From Centroscyllium fabricii (taxonomy: Eukaryota), in contig JBNRSN020000003.1 of NCBI GenBank assembly GCA_051313645.2, positions 494,078,001 to 494,142,000 of the forward strand: a stretch of 64,000 nucleotides of DNA, given 5' to 3'. Of the stretch, positions 38,891 to 52,349 are shown one piece after another. Below the pieces are notes generated by a model. That model saw nothing but the letters and a program-made list of their open reading frames with translations. It was not told where the DNA came from and did not search any database. The position numbers and the translations under genes are program-made. Positions within the stretch are counted from its first letter, which is position 1. Each line of letters opens with the position of its first letter.

Positions 38891-40082
38891 GTGTCAGCCT
38901 TGGCTCAGTTGCTGCTTTCATGCCTCTGAGTCAGAAGATTATGGGTTCAAGTCCCACTGGCACACATAATCTAGCTGGTACTCCTGTGCAGTACTGAGGA
39001 GTGCTACACTGTCAGAGGTGCTGTCTTTCGAATGAGACATTGGCCCAGAAATTCGGGTTGGAGGCTTCCTGCGAGTGCAAGCCTCCAACCCACACTTACC
39101 TACCGCGCCGGCCATTGAGCAGTGCACTCGTATGGACTTCCTGAAGTGCTGGCGCGCCACGCTCCCGGATCCCAGCAGCGAAGATAGTGCGAGGCTTTGC
39201 AGGATCACGTGGTCCGCGGAGAGCCAATCGGAGCACAGAATGCTCCATTCATAAGTTTGACAGGAAGACCTGTCAAACTTATGAATGCTACAACCCCAAA
39301 ACCTCAGTAAATCTTAAATAAATTTTTAAAAATCACATTTTTAAAAATAACTATCAATTACATAAATTAGCTATTTTAAACAAAAATAAAAATTTTTGAA
39401 AAAAGTAATTAAAGTATTTAACGGGGCTAAAAATAAACTTACCTTTCTTTAAGGTATTTAAAAATGAAAAGCCTGTGGAATTTTTTTTTAATTGAATTAA
39501 TTCACCACTTACCTGCTGAAAGGGGTCTTTGCGCTTGAAAATAGAAGACGTATCTCTTTCCAATACTTACCCGGAAAAAAAGCTGTGAAAGAAATCGCAA
39601 GTGCATTGCGCACCCGCTGCCGCTGCCGCGCACATATTCTGATACCTGACACCTGACCCCTTCTTTCAGGGGATCGGAAGTGCCGGTTTCGCACGCATGC
39701 ACCGTGCATGCAAAAAACCGGCACTTCTGATGGGCCGACGCGTGAGTACCCAGCGCGTACTCACGCGTTGGGGTCCTAATTTCCACCTCATTATGCCGAG
39801 GCCCTCTGAAGTGGACATAAAAGATCCCGTGGCGCTATTGGAAGAGCAAAAGGTTTCTCTTGGTGTCCTGCCCAAACATTTACCTCTCAACCAATTCCTA
39901 AAATAGATGATTTTGTCATTTAGTTAATTGCTGTTTTGTGGAATCTTGCAGGATGCAAATTGGCTGCCGCGTTTCCTACATTACAACAGTGACTGCATTT
40001 TAAAAGTACTTTATTGGCTGTAATGCACTTTGGAATGTCCTGAGGTGATGAAAGGTGCGATGTAAATGACAATCTTTCTTTC
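38891..40082 (+). mobile_element. Full-length SacSINE1/DeuSINE-like SINE split by a MITE
   Basis: Head TTGGCTCAGTTG..GGGTTCAAGTCCC; the core resumes after 39792; tail ends CTTTCTTTC. Confidence 0.8.
39042..39789. mobile_element. Harbinger-like MITE with GC-rich ends and AT-rich centre
   Basis: Ends GGCCCAGAAATT / AATTTCCACCTC, 3-bp TSD ATT; inverted homolog at 60930-61682. Confidence 0.8.
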
Positions 40083-40853
40083 GATGGAATCAAAATGTTG
40101 AACAGAAAATTTCCATTAATAATGCAATTAGAAATCTAACACCAAAGGATAATGTACATTTTTTTAGTTATTATTCACATAAATGCAGCTAGTCATTAAT
40201 TAACACTTAAATTCTTGTCAATAAAACCCTTTCCCAAACCTTGAACATCTGACAGGCCCGAGGACATTCCATTCACCCTGGCTTGCCATATTTTTCATAT
40301 TTACTGCTCATACACTGTAAAACTGAAACAAACTCTTATTGCTGTAATATCAGGTGTAAATTTATTACTGTAGTATTTACCCTACACGACTAAACTAAAT
40401 ATTTGAAATAATTTTTAATTAAAACAAATAAAAATTAAACTTTGCTTCTATTCATTTTGTCTTCCTATTTTACTCCACTGCCTGTCCAATACTTTCAGTT
40501 TAATTTAAAAATAAATCAAATATGTTATGATAATTTCCCTCTCTATTTTGTTCTATTTTTTGGTTCCACCATCCAAAATCGTGTTTTATTTTCTGCATCA
40601 GCTCTGAGGGCCGTCTTGCCAGTCACATGAGATTCAATATCTTAAAATGTTGACACAGTTAAAATTAATTTTCAGAAGCTAACAGGCCTGTTCCAAAATT
40701 TGGCAATCTTCAGGCAATCCCAGACTAATATCATCATAACTCTCCTGCAGGAATCAGATCTCCAAGTAAGACCACTGTAATGGGAGCCCCCTTCTGTGGA
40801 CTGGATATCAATGGGTTATTTACACTGGATTATTTTTAAAACTTGCCCTTTAT

Positions 40854-41611
40854 GGGCTAGAAATTCAGTAGTTTGCACCTGCCGTTAGCGGCCAAAAAGG
40901 GCGCTAATGGGGCGCAAGACACTTAGCGCCTGCGCTGCCGCCTGCCGCGGTATTCAGTGGGGTTCTAAGGTGGGCGGTAACCGGCAGCGCCCCACTGAAT
41001 TTACACGCTGCTTGCTGCCGGGGATGACATCATCAGCGCGCAGCGCCACGCGGGTGCCTGCGACTGAAATTGAGCAGCGCGCTGAGTTTTCAGCAGGCGC
41101 TGCCCGCGACAGCTCATCCCTGCCGTAACTGCAGCGGGGGAGCGCTGTTTATAGGGCAGGGTGCCGGGTAGCCATTTTTATTACTGCCAGCACCTTCCCC
41201 CTCTGCCGCCCCCCAGCCTCCCCCGTTGACCCCCCTGCGGTGTGATGCCTCCAATCACTGAGCCCGGCATTTCCCTCGAGTGCCGGGCTCCTTCTACTGC
41301 AGGTCATTTCACGGCAGCCCCGCGGGGCTCCGGCTGCAGCCGCGCTAGGCCCCTCCCCTTTAGTCGGGGAGGGAGGCCTGCAGTACTGCGGGGCGCCACT
41401 CAGTGCTGCATGGCGCAGCGACCCCCAGCGCCCGGAACTTCGGCCATAGCACCTGAAAAACGAGGTTGGGCACCTGTTTTAGCGCCCGACCTCCTACTAT
41501 AGGTGCTACAACCGAATTTCAGTGCTAACGGCACCAGCGGTCGGCAGGCGCTAAAAGTAGCATTGCGCCGAGGTTACCGCGTGAAAATGTGCGCGACCCA
41601 ATTTATCCCCC
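40854..41611. mobile_element. GC-rich Harbinger-like MITE
   Basis: Ends GGGCTAGAAATT / AATTTATCCCCC; TAT flanks on both sides. Confidence 0.8.
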
Positions 41612-41712
41612 TATGATTCCAAGAATTATTCGAAGCAGTGATTGACAAATTTACGTCAAACAATAGCAGCATTTTAAATTGTCCTCTCTTGTAATAACTT
41701 TTTCCACCAATA

Positions 41713-42652
41713 AAAGAAAAGAAAGGCTTTCATTTGTATAGCGCCTTTCATGACCTCAGGACATCCCAAAATGCTTCACAGCCAATGAAGTATATTTTTG
41801 AAGTGTAGTCACTGTTGTAATGTAGGACCGTGGCAGCCAATTTGCGCACAGCAAGCTCCCACAAACAGCGATGATATAATGGCCAGATCATCCCTTTTAC
41901 TGATGTTGGTTGAGGGATCAATATTGGCCCAGGGGAGGCAGTGGTGTAGTGGTTATGTCACTAGACTAGTAAGCCAGAGGCTCAGTCAAATGCTCTGAGG
42001 ATATGGGTTCAAATCCCACCACGGCAGCTGGTGGAATTTAAATTTAATTCAATTTGAGGGCGGCACGGTAGCACTGTTGTCTCACAGCACTGGAGACCCG
42101 GGATCAAATCCAGCCTCGGGTACTATCTGTGTGGAGTTTGCACATTCTCCCCGTGTCTGCGTGGGTTTCCTCCGGGTGCTCCGGTTTCCTCCCACAGTCC
42201 AAAGATGTGCGGGTTAGGTTGATTGGCCATGATAAATTGACCCTTAGTGTTAGGGGGATTAATATGTGGGGTTACGGGGATAGGGTGGGATATGTGTCAG
42301 TGCAGGCTCGATAGGGATCGCGGGAAATGGGGAGAGGGCAGGGGTGGGGTACTGGGTTTGGATGATCAGCCATGATCTCATTGAATGGCGGAGCAGGCTC
42401 GAAGGGCCGAATGGCCTACTCCTGCTCCTTGTTTCTATGTTTCTATGATACAGTGGATAACTCCCCTGCAAAATAGTTCCATGGGCAGATGGGGCCTCGA
42501 TTTAACGTCTCATCCAAAAGACAGCACCTCCCTCAGGACTGCACTCGAGTGTCAACCTAGATTTTTGTTCTCAAGTCTCTGGAGTGGGACTTGAACCCAC
42601 AACCTTCTGTGTCAGAGGCGAGAGTGCTACCCACTGAGCCATGGCTGACACT
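41713..42652. mobile_element. Nested SINE cluster: minus-strand SacSINE1-like element split by a tRNA-SINE head (41932-42055) and a V-SINE (42058-42447, +)
   Basis: Tail at 41713-41930 and head at 42455-42652 of the same family; the intervening elements have A/B boxes and a V-domain. Confidence 0.78.
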
Positions 42653-43036
42653 ATTATGAATATTTAGTCTTTACTACAAAATCCATTTTTTGATGATTGC
42701 CTTTACAATACAAATTAAGACTTTTTACCTCTCCATAATGCATGCATTAGCTAGTTGTGCTCAATACGAAACTTAACCATTATTATACAGCTCCATCATA
42801 GTGCAACAATTCTGTGCTATGGAATTGTCTTCAATTAAGATAAAATCATTTTGTTGTTTCAGACCATTAAAAATAACTCAAAATAAACTTGTAAAACTAG
42901 TCAACATGTGGGTTAAGGAAGAAGCACAATTTACAAAATTCAGTGGTTTACAGAGCACACAAAGCCACTGAAATGCCAGCCCTGCACGCTCACTTACTAT
43001 TTTGGGATTCTGTAACATCAGAATAGAATCTCTTTT

Positions 43037-43457
43037 CATTCATTCACCTTCAACATTCATTCCCTCCACCACCGGCGTACCGTGGCTGCAGTGTGTACCA
43101 TCTACAAGATGCACTGCAGCAACTCGCCAAGTCTTCTTCGGCAGCACCTCCCAAACCTGTGACCTCTTCCACCTAGAGGGACAAGGGCAACAGGTGCATG
43201 GGAACACCACCACCTCCAAGTTCCCCTCCAAGTCACACACCATCCTGACTTAGAAATGTATCACCAATCCTTCATCGTCGCTGGGTCAAAATCCTGGAAC
43301 TTCCTACCTAACAGTACTCTGGGAGTACCTTCACCACACAGACTGCAGCGGTTCAAGAAGGCGGCTCACCACCACCTTCTCAAGGGTAATTCGGGATGGG
43401 CAATAAATACTGGCCTTGCCAACGATGCCCACATCCCATAAAAACAAATAAAAAAAC
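43037..43457 (+). mobile_element. CR1/L2-group LINE 3' end
   Basis: Translates IHSLHHRRTVAAVCTIYKMHC..KSWNFLP..LQRFKKAAHHHLLK; A-rich tail; decayed minus-strand copy at 45590-45990. Confidence 0.7.
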
Positions 43458-44872
43458 TGAGTTCCATGTAAAGGAGGCCTGGTACCAAACACAAAATTAC
43501 TGTGGCCTTGGGAATAGTAAGGCATGTCTATTTCTAGCCAATTAATATCGCTATATTGTGCAATAGATCTGATGATATTAACCGTCAAGAATCAATATGC
43601 AGACTAAATTCCATTTATCCTCAATCGTTCTCTAAAACTAGTTTAAAACTGGAATTGCATTCTATTGCCCAAAAGGAATGAAACAGGAAAGGTCACAGTT
43701 GTAAAGACATGCAAGTTAGGTGAATTGGAGATACTAAAAAAAAATGCCCATGAGTATGTGTGTGAGATATAGTTCTTAGAGTTGGGGGTGTCAGGGATAT
43801 GGGGAAGGGTAGGAGGGGGGTGCTGGGTTTGTATGATCAGCCATGATCTCATCAAAAATGGTGGAGCAGGCTCGAAGGGCCGAATTGTCTACGCCTGCTC
43901 CTATCTTCTGTGTTTCTGTGTAAAAGCTTGATTTCTTTATCCACTCACAAGCCAGGCTAGTCATTTAAGGAATGAATTATGCACAGCATTCCTCCTCTGT
44001 GTATGCCTGCCCAGAGTACTAATACTGACTCTTTCCGTTCTATCCAGTTAACTGGACAATTCCCCTGATTAACATGGGCATTTTGTGAAATGTGAATTTG
44101 AGTGTGAATATTCTGTATCCAGTAGGATTTGCATCTCATTGAATATACATCTGGCAGTTGTCAGAATTTGTTGGCTTAAGTCTTTGGGTACGTTTGCTTC
44201 TTCTGTAACAAAAACCTAGCTTATCATTTCCCATCTACTGATATTCAATATCTAGCCAAATTAGAAGCTATACATTTCTGTGCAATGATGTGGCCCCATT
44301 TGAAAAGCAATAAAATATTAGTTGTACCTACTAAGAAACAGCTTTTGTCTGTTTTTAATCAACCAAATGCATATTAGGCCCAGAGTTCATTTATGTTATT
44401 TTTAACAGCATTAACATTCTTTCCATGATTCATGAAGATATAGCTCCACTGTAGTCAAAACACCTTTTTATTTCTGTTAAATTTCTTTTTCCTAATTTTG
44501 AAGTTTTTTTTTCATAATATACAATACACTCTAATAGGGTGGGTACAGGAAGCTCCTTGTTAATATAACCCTAAAGTGCCTACAAGAGGTATTATAAGTG
44601 GCACAGCTTGTCTCACCTTAGAACTTTGTCTCCCATGGACAAATGTCTCTCCTCTACTTGGCATCTCTGTAATTGGCCCTGGTTCAGACCAGGCATGTGG
44701 AGTATTCGGGGGAAAACCCATATTTCTGCTACTGTACAGTGGATTCATGCACAAACCCACTGTATCAACAAGGCAGCTGAGGGCTATGATTTTTTGATAT
44801 AGTGCAAATAAAAGACAGTTTTTGACCAAAGTGGCAAGGCTAAGTAACATTGAACTAGCACATGCAATCAAT

Positions 44873-45505
44873 GGCCTGGATTTCCCGGGGCCTATGACTG
44901 CAGGAAATGGACATTCGGTGGCGCAGAATTGGCACACCTACTGCCCAGAGAATGCCCACAAAACCCTTACACCTGGTAAAAGCAGGCGTAAGGCCTTTTA
45001 CCAGCGTAAGGGTTTAAATAAATATTAAAATACATTAAAATAAATGATTTAACTACACAAAAACCTTTAAAATTACTTTGTTATTTTTGATCCCTTGAAA
45101 AATGTTTACATTTATTTTTCAAAAAATTTAATTTTTACTTTAAATGTTTAATTAAATTCTATTTAAATTAATTTTGAACCTGTGATGCATTATTTTTATT
45201 TCAGTGTTGTGAAAGTGTGTTTGTTGGGGATTCCTATTCTGCTTATAGTGATTCTGTATGTCAATGGAATCCCCATAAGCATAATGGGAATCCCCCTTTG
45301 TGATTTGTTGGGCCGGCCCACGTGATCCCAGGGATGCTTGTGAACCTCCTGAACTCCTGGGATACTTGGGCCTTTAAACAGGCCTACGCCTGCAGGCCCA
45401 GGAGCGCGAGTCTTCAAAGGTACGGAGGCACCAGGTAGGTGCAGAGTTTACTCGTGGTTCAGAAGCATTCACCCGCGGGAAGCCTCCGATCACAATTTGC
45501 AGCCC
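44873..45505. mobile_element. Harbinger-like MITE
   Basis: Ends GGCCTGGATTT / AATTTGCAGCCC, TSD AAT; shares CGCGGGAAGCCTCCGA with 60930-61682. Confidence 0.7.
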
Positions 45506-46203
45506 AATGTCTAATCTTCAGTTATATACAAATTATATAGTAGAGTTTTGAAATGATGGGGCTGACAGTCTTTTTCTTTATCTGTTCTCAGGATTTTTGT
45601 GATTTTGGTAAAGGTGCATTTATTATCCATCCTTCGTTGGCCTCAGAAGATGACGGTGGGCCTTTTCCTTGAAGCACTGCAGTCCTTAAACTTAAGGTGT
45701 TAGGTAGGGAATTCCAGGACATTGACCCAGTGATGATGAAGGAACGTTGATACATGTGGATACCTTGGAGTGGAACCTGGAAGTGATGGTGAGCCCATGA
45801 CATTGCTGTGCTTGTCCTTTTTGGTGGAATAGGTCAAAGGGGAGGAAGGGCTTGTCGATGTATTTTTGGTGAGTTGTCACAGTGCTTCCCGTAGGTCATA
45901 CATATTGCAACCACAGTGGAAGGAGGGATATTAAGTTCAGCGACTGGGGTGCCAATCAAATGAACTGCTCTGCCCTGATCTTCATTGAGTTACAGGAGAA
46001 TTGCTTAACTACAGTTGCACTAAAAAGATAATCTAGCTTACTAATGCCCCTAACAACCACCCCTTACCCTCCAAAATAAACTTGGCATTTTAGTTTAAAA
46101 TTTAACTTGTCTCCTAAATTTAACCTTGCCAGGCCTTAATCTGTTATATCGCTAGCATTTTCCAGTTCTGAGGAAAGGTCATTGACCTGACACATTAACT
46201 CTG

Positions 46204-47039
46204 AGGGGGGGATTTTCATGTCCCCGTGAGGCGGGGTTTTCGGCGGCCCGGCCGGCAAAATAGCGCAACCGGAAGGTCCCGCCCCTCCCCGCCGTATCCC
46301 CACCACTTTCTCATTTTCGCCCGCCCAGATTTCCCGCCCCGAAACCTTCCCACCGCCGACCGGCGGAGATGGGTTGTCACCTCGTTAAGGGCCCTTAATT
46401 GGCATCGTTAATGCCATTTTAAGGACCCTCAGCCATTCTGCCCTGTTTTCCACCCTAACCCCTCCACCTTAAACCCCACTGGGTGAAAACCAGCGGGAGC
46501 ACAGCGCTGGTTATTACTTTTGGACTATAACCTGGTGTTGTGTGACTTCTTGAATTTATGACTTTCTCCTTTAAGGTGTGAAGGACATGCTGCCAAATGC
46601 TTGGCATGCCTCCAGCACCTTAGAGGAGTAAGTAACTCCATTCTGGCATAAGCAGCAGCTGTTAGCAGAAACTGAAAAATCTCAGTTCTGCACAGCTCCT
46701 GAGCCGCTGTGAGCTGTGAGGGATTCTGAGCCCGCCCACGCATCTGTCAGTCACCAGCACATGGCCTTTCCCATTGGCTCCACTCCACTGTGATGTCACA
46801 GTGGAGTGTTTCCATGGGAACTGACAACAACCAGTGCTGGAACTGTCAATCAAAGTGCTCGCAGCTCCGCTGCAGCCTGACCCGATTGACTTAATTACCT
46901 CCCGCTGCTGCCGACGGTGATTTAACAACCTAATTAAACTAAAATTGCATGGCCTTCCCAGCTGTTTGGGCAGGCAGGGCCGGAAGCCGTCCAGACCAAT
47001 CCCCGCCAGGTTCCCGCCCTTCCGGATAAATCCCCCCCT
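46204..47039. mobile_element. Harbinger-like MITE inserted in a family A Penelope-type arm (46160-47105)
   Basis: TIR AGGGGGGGATTT / AAATCCCCCCCT, TSD CTG; the host sequence TTAACTCTG|TTT rejoins across it. Confidence 0.8.
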
Positions 47040-47711
47040 CTGTTTGTCTCTTCACAGATGCTGCCCGACTTGCTGAGTATTTCCAGCATTTTCTGGTTTT
47101 ATTTCTTTTAAAGCAATGTTACACTGATGTGTATACTTCGCCATGTATACAGACCATTTTACAATGTTCAACACAAGCTCGAGGAACAGCAACTCATCTT
47201 TCGATGAGGCACTTTACAAACTCTCAGATGCTACCTGACCTGCTGAGTGTTTCCAGCATTTTCTGTTTTTATTTCAGTTTTCCTGCATCCTTGGTGTGTT
47301 GCTTTTGTATATTGACCAGTGTTGTCTCATAGAAAGCGCTGACTAGGCACAGGTGTGGCTACAGTGATACCATTTTGGTCGCATGCACTAATTTTAGTTT
47401 CAAACTCCTTACACAAGCTCACACAATACAGGTAAATATACTTCACATATGTAGAGTTACATAATAGACATCAGTAACCATGGAAGTAAAGCATTCACGG
47501 CAATCAATAACACTTGCACGCTCTGCTTTTCTCTCACCCTTTTAGGAACATTGGAACAGGAGGAGGCCATTCAGCCCCTCAAGCTTGTTCTGCAATTCAA
47601 TGAGATCATGACTGATCTGTGACCTAACGCCATATTAGCGGGGATTGGTCTGGGCGGCTTGGGAAGGCCTATATTGGTCTGGGCAGCTGGGAAGGCCTAT
47701 ATCGCTTAATA

Positions 47712-48030
47712 CAGCGGTCCCCAACCTTTTTTGCACCACGGACCAGTTTCATGCAGGACAATTTTTCCACGGACCAGGGGGGGGGGGGGAAGAATTAGCT
47801 TGTGGGCTTAATTTATCGGTGCATGGAAAAAAACTGCGACTGAGACAAGTGCGGAAAAGAGGCACAGACGGAAGTGGTCATTTTTCAAAATAAAACACCC
47901 TGCAGACTGCGATAGTCAATAAAATGGAAATAAAATAAAAATTAAAACGTTTTTATTCTTTCTGTGTGGCCCGGTACCAAATGATCCACGGCCCGGTACC
48001 GGTCCGCGGCCCGGTAATTGGGGACCCCTG
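47712..48030. mobile_element. hAT (Charlie-like) MITE
   Basis: TIR CAGCGGTCCCCAA / TTGGGGACCCCTG and a perfect 8-bp TSD GCTTAATA. Confidence 0.9.
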
Positions 48031-49542
48031 GCTTAATAGTTTCGGTTAACAAAAAGCTATCAATCTCAGATTTAAAATTAACAATTGATCTCGCATCAAT
48101 TGCTGTTTGCGGAAGACAGTTCCAAACTTCTAGTACCCTTTGTGTGTAGAAGTGTTTCCTAATTTTACTTCTGAAAGGTCTGGCTCTAATTTTTACACTA
48201 TGCCCCCTAGTCCTAGAATCCCCAACCAGCGGAAATATTTTCTCTCTATCCACCCTATCTGTTCCCCTTAATATCCTGAAAACTTTGATCAAATCACCCT
48301 GGGGATTACATTCTAGAGAATACAATCCTAATTTGTGTAATCTCTCCTTTTAACTTAATCCTTGAAGTCCGGGTATCATTCTGGTAAACCTACGCTGCAC
48401 TCCCAATATATCCTTCCTAACGTGTGGCACCCAGAACTGTTCAAAGTACTCCAGGTGTGGTCTAACCAGGGTTTTGAATAGTTGCAGCATAACTTCTATC
48501 CCCTTGTATTCCAGACGTTTAGATATAAAGGCCAGCATTCCAGTAGCTGTTTTGATTATTTTCTGCACCTGTTCATGACATTTTAATGATCTATGTACCT
48601 GAACCCCCAAGTCTCTTTGGACCTCCACTGTTTTTAGCTTTTCACCATTTAGAAAGTACCCTGTTCTATCCTTTTCAGGTCCAAATCGATGACCTCACAT
48701 TTGCTTACATTGAAATCCATTTGCCACAGTTTTGCCCATTCACTTAATCTATCAATATCCCTTTGTAATTTTATGCTTTCATCTACACTGCCTACAATAC
48801 TGCCTATCTTTGTGTCATCGGCAAATCTGGATCTGTGACTTTCTATGCCATCATCTAAGTCATTAATAAATATTGTGAATAGTTGAGGCCCCAACACAGA
48901 TTCCTGCAGGACACCACTAGTCACACCCTGCCAATTTGAGTACCTACCCATTATCCCTACTTTCTGTCGCCTGCTGCTCAGTCAATTTCCTAACCAGGTC
49001 AATAATTTGCCCTCAATTCCATGGGTTCTACCTTAGATAACAGGCTCTTATATGGAACATTATCAACTGCCTTCTGGTAGTCCATATAAATAACATCCAT
49101 AGACATTCCCCTGTCCACTACTTCAGTCACCTCTTTAAAAAATTCAATCAGGTTTGTTAGGCATGATCTGCCTTTCACAAATCCATGCTGGCTCTCTCTG
49201 ACCAACTGATTTTTTTTGAGATGTTCAGTCATCCTATCCTTAATTATAGACTCTAGCAATTTCCCAACAACATATGTTAGGCTAACTGGTCTATAATTCC
49301 TTGATTTCCCTCTCTCGCCATTCTTAAATAGCGGAGCGACATGCGCAATTTTCCAATCTAAAGGAACGGTTGCTAAATTGAGAGAACTTTGGAAGATTAT
49401 AGTTATGGAATCTGCAATGTTCTCACCTACTTCCTTTAAACCCTGGGATGGAAACCATCTGGTCCCGGTGATTTGTCACTCTTTAGTGCCATATTTTCTT
49501 CATTACAGTTATTTTACTTATGTTAATTTGATTGAGTCCCAG

Positions 49543-50318
49543 TGGGGACTTTGCCGGAAGGGCGGGAAACTGGCGGGAATTGGTCTGGGCGGCTTTCTGT
49601 CCCGCCCGCCCAAACAGCTGGGAAGGCCATGCAATTTTAATTTAATTGAGTTGTTAAATCGACGCCGGCGGCAGCGGGTGGTAATTAAGTCAATCGAGTC
49701 GGGCTCCAGCGGGGCTGCGAGGAGTTTGATTGATAGTTCCAGCACTGGTTGTTGACAGTTCCCATGGAAACACTCCACTGTGACATCACAGCCGAGTGGA
49801 ACCAATGGGAATGGTCAAGTGCTGGTGACTGACAGGTGGGCGGGCGGGCTCAGAATCCTTGACAGCTCACACCGGCTGTGAGCAAATGTGCAGAGCTGAG
49901 ATTTCTCTGTTTTTGCTCACAGCTGGTGCAGACAGTACAGAGTAACATACTCTTCTAAGGTGCTGGAGGCATGCCAAGCATTTGGCAGCATGTCCTTCAC
50001 ACCTTGAAGGATAAAATGATAACCAGCGCTGTGCTCCCACTGGGTTTCACCCAGCGGGGTTTAAGGTGATGGGGTTAGGGTGGGAAACAGATCAAAATGG
50101 CTGAGGGCCCTTAAAATGGCATTAAACATGCCAATTAAGGGCCCTTAACGAGGTGACAACCCATCCCCGCCGGCCGGCGGCGGGAAGGTTTCGGGGCGGG
50201 GAATCAGGGCGGGGGAAAATGAAAAAGTGGTGGGGATACGGCGGGGGCGGGGGGGGGGGGTCGCAACCCACTGGTTCCGCTATTTTGCCAGCCTCACGGG
50301 GACATGAAATTGCCCCCC
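49543..50318. mobile_element. Harbinger-like MITE, inverted copy of 46204-47039
   Basis: Reverse-complement homology along its length; flanks CAG/CTG. Confidence 0.82.
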
Positions 50319-51054
50319 CTGTCTCTGATTCAATATTAGTTTCCTTGGGCGGGTTTAACAAGGTCAATCAAGGGAATATAGCGTGGGTTGGCCACAAGTC
50401 GATGGAGGCAGGACTAAAACCCAACAAGTGGGAGTCCCGCCTCCAACAGCTCCCCATTGAGAAAGTCCAGTCCTATATCCTCTCTTATTATTGAAGTGAT
50501 TTCATTCTTAATCACCAAGGCTACTCCTCCCCCTCTGCCATTTTTCCTATCTTTCCTGTAGACCTTATAACCTGGTATATTTGGTTTCCATTCCTGACCA
50601 TCTTCTAGCCATGTCTCAGTAATGGCTACCATGTCATATCCTCCAATTTGAATTTGCGCCTGCAGTTCATTCAATTTATTCCTTATACTCCATGCATTTG
50701 TATAAAGAATGTTTATTTGGGTCACACACCCTCAAATGTTTTACTCACATGTTTCTTATTTCTCTCTCCTGGTGTAATTGCTTTATAACCTTTAGTTTTC
50801 CCTTTACCTGTAGTGCCTAAAGCAAAATTTCTGACTGTTATTCTGCTTTACTTTTACCAACAAATGCACAAAAAGGTTAAACTCCACATACATAGGTCGT
50901 GTGAATACCAGTATTAAGATCACGGATCCAACAACGGTGTCAATTATTCATCTTTTATTTACTAATCTGAATTGTAATTAGTCGCATCTGGATTTCTAAT
51001 TAGCCACATGTGTCTTGTAGCCAATGTCTTGGACGGCACTGAGATAGACTGCTT

Positions 51055-51532
51055 GGGGGGAAAAATTCGGTGGCGCCCATTTTTGGGCGCTAACTTCGGC
51101 GGTGCGCTACTTTTAGCACCTGGCTAACGCTCGCGCCGTTCCTCGGGAAATTCGGTTGTAGCGCCCAAAGCAGGAGCTCGGGTGCTACTGCAGGCGCCCG
51201 ACCTCGTTCTTCAGGCGCTACAACTGAATTTCCGGCTCTGTGGGTTGATGCGCCACGCTCTACAGAGTGCTGCACCGCAGTACTGCAGGCCTTCCACCCC
51301 TGATTAAAGGGGCGTGGCCTCGCGCGGTTCCGGCCAGAGCCCCATTGGGCCACCGTGGGACGCTGCGCACTCCGATGACGTCATCCCCGGCGGCGTGGGG
51401 CCATGGGGCGCTACCGGCTTCCGCACACGCCAGCGCCCCACTGAATATTGTGGGAGGCACCAGGCCAGGCTTGCGCCCCATTAGCAGCCCTCTTAGGGTG
51501 CTAATGGCTGGCACAAGCCATCGAATTTCTCC
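51055..51532. mobile_element. GC-rich Harbinger-like MITE, internally deleted, inverted relative to 40854-41611
   Basis: Ends GGGGGGAAAAATTCG / CGAATTTCTCC; shared internal motifs. Confidence 0.75.
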
Positions 51533-52014
51533 ATAGGTTTTGTTTAGATATGGCTGAAATTGAGCATGGATGCAGAGAATGCAGATCACATGAAAATCCA
51601 CGCATCTATATTATATCATTTGAAATTAGAGGGCACTAAATTAAGCTGGTGAGGGATTTCCTGGCTCTTATTATGGAGTTGCTGTAATGGATTTTCAACT
51701 TTTTTTTATTCCATATTTCTATTTTCAGCTTTACAAATGTAGATTTTGTGAGTTGCTCATATATGTAAAAAAACAATTCCAAAATTACATAATTTTAACG
51801 AACTCCAAAGCTGTGATGTACAATGGTATCATGCGAGCTAGTGTAAATATTATGCCCGTTGAATGCTTAAGTAGATCTATCATATTACTGTAAACCCAGA
51901 GCAGCAGTAAATTACTGTCAATACTCAAACATACGGCATTTATCTTAACTGTGTACACCTAGGTGCAAAATAAAGTGTAAAAACCAGTTATACGCCCAAC
52001 AGGAGTGGATTATA

Positions 52015-52127
52015 AATAACAACAAAAAATGCTGGAAATACTCAGCAGGCCAGACAGCATCCATGGAGAGAGACCCTCCAGGGACCTTTCAGATTTCCAG
52101 CATCTGCAGTATTTTGCTATTGTTTTC
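52015..52127. mobile_element. Family A Penelope-type insertion
   Basis: TSD GGAGT(G/A)GATTATA at 52002-52014 and 52128-52140. Confidence 0.72.
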
Positions 52128-52349
52128 GGAGTAGATTATACATCTGTTAAAGCTTAGGAGCTATAAGTACAAACATAGATGCACACTCAGAAACCGCTGG
52201 GCAGGATTGACTTACATTATTTTGAAATAGAGTCTGCGCAGCAAACTAAAGAAATCCTGGCTTTTTAACCCCATACAGACCAACTTCCTTTGGGAGATTT
52301 AATTTCTGTTGAATTTCCATCCTTCCCCACAGCTGATAAATGACCATCA

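Larger units (their letters stand above)
47545..50740 (-). mobile_element. Decayed CR1 ORF2 (APE + RT) with internal deletion and nested MITEs
   Basis: ILYTNAWSIRNK..VAITETWL..GRGGGVAL; ESQHGFVKGRSCLTNLIEFF; FADDTKI; RPHLEY; 3' tail at 47545-47635. Confidence 0.9.
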
